IMG/VR virus record: IMGVR_UViG_3300033067_002287
Span: 971 to 64,970 of that record
Origin: a virus
Lineage: Duplodnaviria > Caudoviricetes
Direction: 5' to 3' (one strand)
Length of the DNA stretch: 64,000 nucleotides
In this document: positions 37,581-44,842 of the stretch, one piece after another
How positions within the stretch are numbered: the first letter of the stretch is position 1
Layout: every line of letters starts with the position of its first letter
The notes under the pieces: generated by a model
Databases searched by the model: none
Seen by the model: the letters and a program-made list of their open reading frames with translations, nothing else
What the model was told of the DNA's origin: nothing
Made by a program: the position numbers and the translations under genes

Positions 37581-37654
37581 GCCGTGTGTTCTCAGGCGTA
37601 CGCAGTCCTCTCATAAGGGAATGTAGATCGGTTCGATGCCGATACACGGTACCA
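37581..37654 (+). tRNA. tRNA(CAT), Met or Ile2, with a weak D arm
   Basis: GCCGTGT/ACACGGT-ACCA; TCCT-CTCATAA-GGGA. Confidence 0.7.
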
Positions 37655-37660
37655 GTAAAA

Positions 37661-37882
37661 ATGCATCACTTATCCAAAATAGATTTAGAATCTAGAAATT
37701 GGGTTCAACAAGGGGATAGTGCTATATTTTTAAAAAATGAATATGTTTTAACACTATACCCTAATTATAAGATTCTTATAAGAAAAATAGATAGCAGAAT
37801 AAACGATTCTGTCCTATTTAGGGGTAAGTGTGAAAATGTAGAAACTTTAGATTATATATCTAATTTATTAGAAATTGAATAA
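37661..37882 (+). CDS. Hypothetical protein
   Basis: True start likely ATG 37661, after the tRNAs. Confidence 0.55.
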   Translation: MHHLSKIDLESRNWVQQGDSAIFLKNEYVLTLYPNYKILIRKIDSRINDSVLFRGKCENVETLDYISNLLEIE

Positions 37883-37957
37883 GGCCGATTAGTTTTAAGC
37901 TGGCTAAAATACGTCACTTGTAATGATGAGTACTCGGTTCGACACCGAGATTGGCCT
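37883..37957 (+). tRNA. tRNA-Thr(TGT)
   Basis: GGCCGAT/ATTGGCC; CGTCA-CTTGTAA-TGATG. Confidence 0.88.
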
Positions 37958-37964
37958 CATAATA

Positions 37965-38037
37965 GCGCTTTTAGTCTTATAGGGCGAAAACGTCAGATTC
38001 TAACCTGAAATGGTGGGTTCGATCCCCACAGAGCGCA
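37965..38037 (+). tRNA. tRNA with an irregular anticodon arm (CTA suppressor or TCT reading)
   Basis: GCGCTTT/AGAGCGC; perfect T arm; TCAG-ATTCTAAC-CTGA. Confidence 0.65.
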
Positions 38038-38039
38038 CT

Positions 38040-38234
38040 ATGACAGAAACAGAATATAACCAAAAAATAATGACTCAAAATATTGAGTTAGCTGCTTTTA
38101 ATGCATCATTAAATGCACTTCAAGTATTACAAATAATTCATGCTGATGAAAAATTACCATCTGACATCAGAATAAAAGCATCTGACAAAATCAGAGATTT
38201 TGTAGGGGGTTTAGAAGTAATTAAGGCCTCATAG
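38040..38234 (+). CDS. Hypothetical protein
   Basis: ATG 38040, after the tRNA. Confidence 0.5.
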   Translation: MTETEYNQKIMTQNIELAAFNASLNALQVLQIIHADEKLPSDIRIKASDKIRDFVGGLEVIKAS

Positions 38235-38301
38235 CATAATGGATTAGTGCAACAAACTTCTAATTTGTTAGGTTCGAGTTCGAGTCTCGATGAGGCCTCC
38301 A
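38225..38301 (+). tRNA. tRNA-Arg(TCT)
   Basis: GGCCTCA/TGAGGCC; ACAAA-CTTCTAA-TTTGT; CCA encoded. Confidence 0.9.
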
Positions 38302-38367
38302 ATTGTTGAGTGACGAAATTGGCAGCCTATTTGTATTTTTCGGGATTTATTTCAATATTTATTACAA

Positions 38368-38784
38368 ATGTTGAATATGGAAAAAATTTGTATTAAGTGT
38401 AAGATTTCTAAAAAATTAGAAGAATTTTGGAAATGTAAGAAAAATATAGATGGGTTTAATAACAAATGTAAAATTTGTTCTTCCAATGAAAATAAAAAAT
38501 CATATTTTAGAACTTCTGGAAAAAGAAATAAATACATTATCAATAGAAGAAGAAATCAATCTATTGAAAGAAATGAATATATAAAATCTTTAAATATAAA
38601 ATGTGAAAGATGTGGATTTAATAACCCGGCCGCTTTAGATTTTCATCATAAAAATCCTAAAGAAAAAAAAGATACTATAGGAAATCTTAAATGGTCTGGA
38701 TGTAGTAATGAAGTTTTTAAAAATGAAATTGAAAAATGTATAGTTTTATGTGCAAATTGTCATAGAATTGAACATTATAAATAA
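38368..38784 (+). CDS. HNH homing endonuclease (family A)
   Basis: NPAALDFHH...EIEKCIVLCANCHR. Confidence 0.88.
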   Translation: MLNMEKICIKCKISKKLEEFWKCKKNIDGFNNKCKICSSNENKKSYFRTSGKRNKYIINRRRNQSIERNEYIKSLNIKCERCGFNNPAALDFHHKNPKEKKDTIGNLKWSGCSNEVFKNEIEKCIVLCANCHRIEHYK

Positions 38785-38787
38785 CAA

Positions 38788-38933
38788 TGTAGAGTGGCGA
38801 AATTGGTAGACGTTTCCCTTTTGTCTCAGGGGAGGTGATTATAAAATAAAGTATAGATAAAGGGTTGACCACTAAAAAATCAAATGTTTATTACCTAATT
38901 ACACCGTAAAGTGTTCAAATCCTTTCTCTACAG
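38788..38933 (+). ncRNA. tRNA-like RNA with an 8-nt loop and a ~70-nt variable-region insert
   Basis: TGTAGAG/CTCTACA; Leu-type D arm GCGAAATTGGTAGACG; TTCCCT-TTTGTCTC-AGGGGA; TTCAAAT T loop. Confidence 0.65.
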
Positions 38934-39036
38934 CTATGTATACAGCAATAATTGATACACTAATATTAATATTATTAGTTATATGGTTTTTAATGGATAG
39001 GAATGATAAGTACTTTGATAAGTAAAATTATATCCT

Positions 39037-39247
39037 CAATATACAAAGGCAACGGCACGTTTCGGACGTGTGAGCGAAGGCATCCTAAAAATGTACCACG
39101 AATCCCTGTTGCCCAATCGTCCCGAAGTGATAAACATGTAAAGCACTGCGTCAAAACAATTTGAATCATGTCTATTTAATAATTATTGTTAGCTACAATA
39201 CGTTGGCAGCGTAAGGTTGTAATGTACCTTGATTATGAAAACATTGC
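39037..39247 (+). ncRNA. Unidentified GC-enriched structured RNA
   Basis: GGCAACGG/CTGTTGCC; CACGT-TTCGG-ACGTG; TATTGT-TAGCT-ACAATA; no + strand ORF in the track. Confidence 0.5.
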
Positions 39248-39249
39248 AT

Positions 39250-39332
39250 GCCTCTGTAGTCGAATGGTATAGACGCTACACTTAGGATGTAGAGCCTTAA
39301 AAGCATTGAGAGTTCGAGTCTCTCCAGAGGTA
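39250..39332 (+). tRNA. tRNA-Leu(TAG)
   Basis: GCCTCTG/CAGAGGT; CTACA-CTTAGGA-TGTAG. Confidence 0.9.
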
Positions 39333-39377
39333 CATAAATAAGTATGATGGATTTTAGTATCTACCATATTTATTGAT

Positions 39378-39860
39378 ATGGAATATAATACTAAAAAAAC
39401 TAATAGCTGGAAAAAATTTGGGAATGTAAAAAATTTATCAAAAGATGATTTTATAAAAGCATGCACTGAGAGTAATTCAATGTCAGAAGCATGTTCTAAG
39501 CTAGGAATACATTTGGGTACATTTACAAAATATGCCAAAATATATGAATGTTATAAACCTAATCAATCGGGAAAAGGAATTAATAAAAAAATTATCCCAA
39601 GAAAATGGGATATTAATAAATGGGAAAAGGATGAAAATATAAATATTAGTCGAGCGTCACTTAGAAAATATATATTTAAATTAAATTTGTTACCCAAAAT
39701 TTGTAACAAATGTCATCTAAGTGAATGGTTAGGTAAAGAAATATTGTTAGAGCTTAACCATATAAACGGAATAGGATACGATAATAAAAAATCTAATTTA
39801 GAATTATTATGTCCTAATTGTCATGCTCAAACACCATCCTTTAGAGGAAAAAATAAATAG
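39378..39860 (+). CDS. HTH + HNH endonuclease (family B-like)
   Basis: CNKC...LELNHING...NLELLCPNCH. Confidence 0.85.
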   Translation: MEYNTKKTNSWKKFGNVKNLSKDDFIKACTESNSMSEACSKLGIHLGTFTKYAKIYECYKPNQSGKGINKKIIPRKWDINKWEKDENINISRASLRKYIFKLNLLPKICNKCHLSEWLGKEILLELNHINGIGYDNKKSNLELLCPNCHAQTPSFRGKNK

Positions 39861-39946
39861 GCCTGTGTGGAGTAATGGAAGCCTCGTTTGCCTTAAGAGC
39901 AAATGATCAGAAAAAGATCGTATCGGTTCGAGTCCGATCACAGGTA
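39861..39946 (+). tRNA. tRNA-Leu(TAA)
   Basis: GCCTGTG/CACAGGT; TTTGC-CTTAAGA-GCAAA. Confidence 0.9.
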
Positions 39947-39959
39947 CAAATCATAGGTT

Positions 39960-40223
39960 ATGTCAAATCAAATAGAGAAAGATATATCTACTGTAGAAGC
40001 TAAAATATATAAACGTTTATATAGAGAATATAGATGTTTATATCACAGAATCTTAATGAGAGCTAAAAATAGAATTGATTATCCTCAAGGAGAAGAACAA
40101 TCTAAGCTTGATCATGAATTTATTGAAATAATAAATAATATTGAAAAATATGATTACTATGGTTTAGTATCTAAAGAAGATGCTGCTGTAATAAAAGTGT
40201 TAGAAAATCTTTTAGAAGAATAA
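39960..40223 (+). CDS. Hypothetical protein
   Basis: ORF. Confidence 0.55.
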   Translation: MSNQIEKDISTVEAKIYKRLYREYRCLYHRILMRAKNRIDYPQGEEQSKLDHEFIEIINNIEKYDYYGLVSKEDAAVIKVLENLLEE

Positions 40224-40226
40224 AAA

Positions 40227-41051
40227 ATGATAGTTTATATTGAAAAATTTGGAGAATCATTTGTAAGTGATTTTGCATATTCAGCTTATGAAGGAAGTCA
40301 GCATTTAGGAAATAAAGTTAAATGTTTTAACAACATTAATGAAGTTCCTTTTAGATTCGATGATGATGATAAAATACCATTAGTTATAGGTTGTATTGAA
40401 TCAGTTAAAACATATTTAACCAAATGGGGGATAAAAGTTCCTGAACCTTTACACATTCCTCAAGAATTACTTTATTGGACAAATAGAAAAATAGTTGAAA
40501 CAACGCTAGGTGAATTTAAAAATAAAAAAAGTAAATATCCAATACCAACATTTATTAAATCACATGAATTAAAATTATTTCCAAGTGGTGTAATAAATGA
40601 AGAATCATCACGTAGTGATTTAATGTTTCCTTATCCTGACGATACAAAAATAATATTATCCAATGTTGTTGAAATTATATCTGAATATAGATGCTTTGTA
40701 ACAAAAGGAAAATTAATTGGTATACAATTTTATCAAGGTGATTTTATGACATATCCTAATATTGATAATATTATATCAATGATTAATAGTTATTCAAATT
40801 GCCCTATATCATATACATTAGATGTAGCTGTAATTTGGCAAAATAATCATTATGAAACAGTATTAATAGAGTGTAATGATGGATGGTCTGTTGGAACATA
40901 TGGTTTAGACGGTGAAAAAACTATTAAATTTTTCCAAAATAGGTGGTTAGAGTTAACAAAAGATGTTAAACCAAAACCCCATGTTTATATGACATTAAAA
41001 GAAAAAATTACAAAACTAGGTGCTAAAGAAATTTTAGATTTGGAAAAGTAA
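40227..41051 (+). CDS. ATP-grasp domain protein (DUF4343-like)
   Basis: PTFIKS..LKLF, SEYRCFV, YTLDVA, LIECNDGWS.G.YG. Confidence 0.8.
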   Translation: MIVYIEKFGESFVSDFAYSAYEGSQHLGNKVKCFNNINEVPFRFDDDDKIPLVIGCIESVKTYLTKWGIKVPEPLHIPQELLYWTNRKIVETTLGEFKNKKSKYPIPTFIKSHELKLFPSGVINEESSRSDLMFPYPDDTKIILSNVVEIISEYRCFVTKGKLIGIQFYQGDFMTYPNIDNIISMINSYSNCPISYTLDVAVIWQNNHYETVLIECNDGWSVGTYGLDGEKTIKFFQNRWLELTKDVKPKPHVYMTLKEKITKLGAKEILDLEK

Positions 41052-41059
41052 CAAAAATA

Positions 41060-41110
41060 TTGTAACGTTAAAAATAATTCTCTAAACAAAAAATAGTAGT
41101 AAAATGGCAA
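41060..41110 (+). promoter_or_regulatory. Y-RNA-like stem over the Ro60 start codon (putative translational operator)
   Basis: ATTCTCTA-AACAAAAAA-TAGTAGT (41077-41100), the same core as RNA C, 3 nt before ATG 41104. Confidence 0.55.
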
Positions 41111-42693
41111 AGTACAACAAAAAGACAGTATCAGCGACAGCTACACCAGTAGCTACACATGAAGGTGGAGTAGGTTATAAATATGCTCCAAAATTTGAGC
41201 TAATAGCATTGTTAGCATCAGGTATAGATAATACTTTCTATGAAAAAGAAAGTGACCGCTCAACACGTTTATCTAATCTTATAGATGAAATATCTAAAAC
41301 AGATAAAACGTTTGTAGCTAAAGCATTAGTGTATGCCCGTTCAGTAATGGGTCAAAGATCAGTTACTCACCTGGGAGCAGCATTGCTTGCTAAGCACCTA
41401 AGAGGGGATGAATTAGGAACAGCCTTTTATTCTAAGCGTTCTAGAAACGAAAATAAAGGTGGTATTGTATTTCGTCTTGACGACATGCTTGAAATAGCAT
41501 CAGCATACCAATTTAAAAATCCTGAAACAAATCCAGCTAAAATAGCTGAAGGGAAGAAATATAAACCATTTTCTAATGCTATTAAGAATGGTTTCAAGTT
41601 AGCACTTGAAGCAGCAGATACCTACGAACTAGCTAAGTACCAAGCTAAGTCACGTGACTTATCTTTAGTAGATATCATAAATTTAGTTCACCCAAAACCT
41701 CGTCCAGAAATGGAAGAAGTTTTTAAGAAACTTATGTCAGGTGAATTAAAACAATTTAACACTGTTGAAGATAAAAATACTAAAGCCGGACAAGATGTTG
41801 CTGCAAAATTAAAAGCTGGTGAAATAACAAAAGAAGAAGCAGCTAAGGAATTAACTGAATCTAAAGAAGAAAATTTTGCAGAATTAATTACAAACCGTAA
41901 AATAGGTTATTTAGCATTACTACGTAATCTACGTAATATATTAAATGTAGCATCTAATAGCACTTTAATAAAAAATGCATGTGCTCTTTTAACTGATGAA
42001 AAACTAATTAGAAAATCATTAGTGTTTCCTCACCAAATTGACCTAGCGTTAGAAATAATGTTATCTGAGTTTGGAACTTCAAAATCAGCACCATTCATTA
42101 AGGCATTAAATGATGCTTATGAATTAGCTATTCCAAACTTAACAGAATTATTTAAAAATGGTACTACAGCTGTAGTATTCGATAGTTCTGGTTCAATGAG
42201 TACACCTATAGCATTGAATAATGGAAAGCCTGGTGCTAGAGGTAGTGAAGGTGCTATTGCTAAAGCAGGTTTAATTGCTGCTACCCTTGCAAAAGGTATA
42301 GGAGCAGATATATATCACTTTGCAGACTACTGTGAAGAAATTAAATTCAACCCAGCAGATTCTGTTAATACTATTAAAAAGAATTGTTTATCAAAACAAG
42401 GAAGAGTAGGATATGGAACAGAATTTAATTCAATATTCAGAACAATAGGTAACAAGTATGATCGTGTATTTGTTATAAGTGATATGCAAGGTGCTGATGC
42501 TTTACCAAAAGCAGCGTATACAAATACCCACATCTATTCAATAGATATTTGTGGATATGGAACAACAATGTTTGCTCCTGGTTCTAAGTTATACAAGTTA
42601 TTTGGATACTCATCAGATATCTATGAATTAGTTAAGCGTGTAGAAATAGATCCTAATGTTATATTGACAGCAATTGAAGCAATCGAAATTTAA
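41104..42693 (+). CDS. Ro60/Rsr-like TROVE + VWA protein
   Basis: THEGG..Y, FYE, YARS..G.RS, LAKY, IGYLALLRNLRNI, SLVFP, VWA motif DSSGSMS, ISDMQ. Confidence 0.9.
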   Translation: MAKYNKKTVSATATPVATHEGGVGYKYAPKFELIALLASGIDNTFYEKESDRSTRLSNLIDEISKTDKTFVAKALVYARSVMGQRSVTHLGAALLAKHLRGDELGTAFYSKRSRNENKGGIVFRLDDMLEIASAYQFKNPETNPAKIAEGKKYKPFSNAIKNGFKLALEAADTYELAKYQAKSRDLSLVDIINLVHPKPRPEMEEVFKKLMSGELKQFNTVEDKNTKAGQDVAAKLKAGEITKEEAAKELTESKEENFAELITNRKIGYLALLRNLRNILNVASNSTLIKNACALLTDEKLIRKSLVFPHQIDLALEIMLSEFGTSKSAPFIKALNDAYELAIPNLTELFKNGTTAVVFDSSGSMSTPIALNNGKPGARGSEGAIAKAGLIAATLAKGIGADIYHFADYCEEIKFNPADSVNTIKKNCLSKQGRVGYGTEFNSIFRTIGNKYDRVFVISDMQGADALPKAAYTNTHIYSIDICGYGTTMFAPGSKLYKLFGYSSDIYELVKRVEIDPNVILTAIEAIEI

Positions 42694-42696
42694 ATA

Positions 42697-42723
42697 ATTC
42701 ACCCCCTAAGGGGGTGAATATTT
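42697..42723 (+). terminator. Terminator hairpin
   Basis: ATTCACCCCC-TAA-GGGGGTGAAT. Confidence 0.7.
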
Positions 42724-42743
42724 ATTAAAAAACGGAGGACGTT

Positions 42744-43214
42744 ATGGTTATTAAAACATTCAAAATATTGTCTTCTCATAAAGAAGTCAATTATATTGAA
42801 TATATCAAAGAATATATTCAAAAATTTCCTAATGTAGAGATTTTAATAGGTTGCGACTCACAAAATAAGAGAAGAGATACAATATATGCTATTGTTATTG
42901 GATTATATGTTCCTGGAAAAGGAGCTCATGTAATCTACAATAGATTTTCTCAAATACGTGAAGTAGAAAACAGTGTTAGACTTTTAAACGAAGTATGGTT
43001 TTCAGTTGAAACAGCTGAAAATATTAAAAATAACATTGAAGGAGCCAAAGATAGAATTAAGTGGATTGATATTGACTTAAACCCAGATCCTAAATTTCAA
43101 AGTAATAAAGCATTAACAAGTGCAATAGGTATTGTAAAAGGTATGGGATACAATGTAAGACATAAAGGTAATTCACCTGTAATGACATACGCAGCAGATG
43201 CCTTGGTAAAATAG
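42744..43214 (+). CDS. RNase H-like YkuK (DUF458) family protein
   Basis: IGCDSQ, GKGAH, RLLNEVWFS, IDIDLN, AADALVK. Confidence 0.82.
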   Translation: MVIKTFKILSSHKEVNYIEYIKEYIQKFPNVEILIGCDSQNKRRDTIYAIVIGLYVPGKGAHVIYNRFSQIREVENSVRLLNEVWFSVETAENIKNNIEGAKDRIKWIDIDLNPDPKFQSNKALTSAIGIVKGMGYNVRHKGNSPVMTYAADALVK

Positions 43215-43224
43215 AAATATAAAT

Positions 43225-43249
43225 GGAACCCTTAATAGGGTTCCTTTTT
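43225..43249 (+). terminator. Intrinsic terminator
   Basis: GGAACCCT-TAAT-AGGGTTCC-TTTTT. Confidence 0.8.
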
Positions 43250-43281
43250 AATTTTACCAATATTTATTATAAATAAATAAA

Positions 43282-43572
43282 ATGGCATGTCATTATATTT
43301 TTTTAAAGGATGAACAGGAATTTAATCAAAAATTAATAAAACGAGATTTTGATTTGATTCAAAAAATGACTAAATGCGTTGTATCTGCAATCCAAAGAAA
43401 AAAAGAAAAGATAGATATATTTGAGGTAACATTTAAGGATGGTAATACGATAACTTTCTCTATGGATAAAAATGAATATAAAAACTTTCTAGAAAAAAGT
43501 TTAAATGATTTTGTCCAAGAAGAAATGTATGAATATTGTAGCGAGCTAAAGAAAATAATTGATAAATTATAA
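43282..43572 (+). CDS. Hypothetical protein with EMYEYC motif
   Basis: Related to 25098. Confidence 0.6.
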   Translation: MACHYIFLKDEQEFNQKLIKRDFDLIQKMTKCVVSAIQRKKEKIDIFEVTFKDGNTITFSMDKNEYKNFLEKSLNDFVQEEMYEYCSELKKIIDKL

Positions 43573-43848
43573 GGGGATGACGGGTTATGACTTATAACAA
43601 GAGTATAATTTGCATGTAAAGTTTTGACAGTACTTTTCAAAAAGTCAAAAAAATAAACGCAGAAGAAAATAATTTTGCACTTGCAGCCTAGTAGGTTGCA
43701 TCAAGTTTATGCTAACTTAGGAACATAATAGTATATTTGATTATTTGTGTTTTTTCATTGTCGGATTATTTAGTTGTTTGATTAAAACATGTAAACAAAT
43801 TATAAATTAGTTATAAAAACGCCGGTTCGACTCCGGCCATCTCCACTA
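43573..43848 (+). ncRNA. ssrA: tmRNA (short), tag AEENNFALAA
   Basis: GGGGATG/CATCTCC with G3:U70; T arm GCCGG-TTCGACT-CCGGC; tag ORF 43659-43691 after ATAAAC. Confidence 0.92.
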
Positions 43849-43867
43849 AAACAAAAATAAAAAGGTT

Positions 43868-44842
43868 ATGACAAAAACAATTCCCACAACAGGAGAGGAT
43901 ACTCTACTAGAAAAAAAGGAAGCACTAGAAACATTAGTTGAAGTAGTAGTAGGTTCTTCATACGCTAAAAAAAGAGCATCACGTAGAAAAAAGGTAGAAC
44001 CTTCTGTTGAGGAAGGTAAAAATGGATTTACAACCCTAAATGGTTATTTTAAAATTCCTACAGGGACTTATAAAGCTCTTGTTCGAAATATCCAAACAGG
44101 AACTAATACCTTATTGTTAGGTCCTACAGGGGTTGGTAAAACTGAAGTAGTAGATAATATTGCTAAAGTATTAAAGTTACCATTAACTATTTTTGACATG
44201 GGTACAATGACAGACCCTATAATGAGTCTAGTAGGAACCCACATTATAAGAATAGAAGATGGTAAAACAACAAGTACATTTTCTAAAAGTAGATTCTCAG
44301 ACGTTATCCAACAACCTGGTATAATATTATTAGATGAATTAAGCCGAGCAAACGCTACAGCTAATAATTTATTATTCCCATGCTTGGATTTTAGAAAGGA
44401 ATTAGCTATGGAATATTGTTTTGATAACCCTGTACCTATAAAAGTACATGAAAAATGCGTGTTTATAGCAACAGCTAACTTAGGAACACAATATACTGGT
44501 ACCCATAAACTGGACAGAGCTTTGTTAGACAGATTCATGTTAGTGGAAATGGATCCCCTGAATTCAGCCCAAATTAAAGAGAGTCTTATATACTCTTACC
44601 CTGGCCTAACTGAAGAACAATTGAATAAATTAATAGATGTTTTTACCAAAATTAACCAGGCTCATGATGATTATATCATTAGTTTTAATATGTCAATGAG
44701 ACATTTGAAAATGGTAGCCGAAATGGTGAAAGATGGATTTACAATATATGATAGTTTTTATATAATTGCAAAAGGATTAGGTAGTAAGGAAGGCTTAAAA
44801 AGTATAGAATCAATTTTATCAACCGTTAAATTTCATAAATAA
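43868..44842 (+). CDS. MoxR-type AAA+ ATPase (CbbQ/NirQ-like)
   Basis: GPTGVGKT, LLDELSR, IATAN, LDRALLDRF. Confidence 0.88.
   Translation: MTKTIPTTGEDTLLEKKEALETLVEVVVGSSYAKKRASRRKKVEPSVEEGKNGFTTLNGYFKIPTGTYKALVRNIQTGTNTLLLGPTGVGKTEVVDNIAKVLKLPLTIFDMGTMTDPIMSLVGTHIIRIEDGKTTSTFSKSRFSDVIQQPGIILLDELSRANATANNLLFPCLDFRKELAMEYCFDNPVPIKVHEKCVFIATANLGTQYTGTHKLDRALLDRFMLVEMDPLNSAQIKESLIYSYPGLTEEQLNKLIDVFTKINQAHDDYIISFNMSMRHLKMVAEMVKDGFTIYDSFYIIAKGLGSKEGLKSIESILSTVKFHK

Noticed and set aside
27921-38039. Extended N-termini of ORFs 27921, 31134, 31989, 36571, 37475 and 38010
   Set aside because: The extensions overlap tRNA or Y-like RNA genes; downstream ATGs are more plausible.
38788-38933. Group I intron-containing tRNA-Leu
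   Set aside because: The insert is about 70 nt, lies in the variable region and is too short for a group I core.
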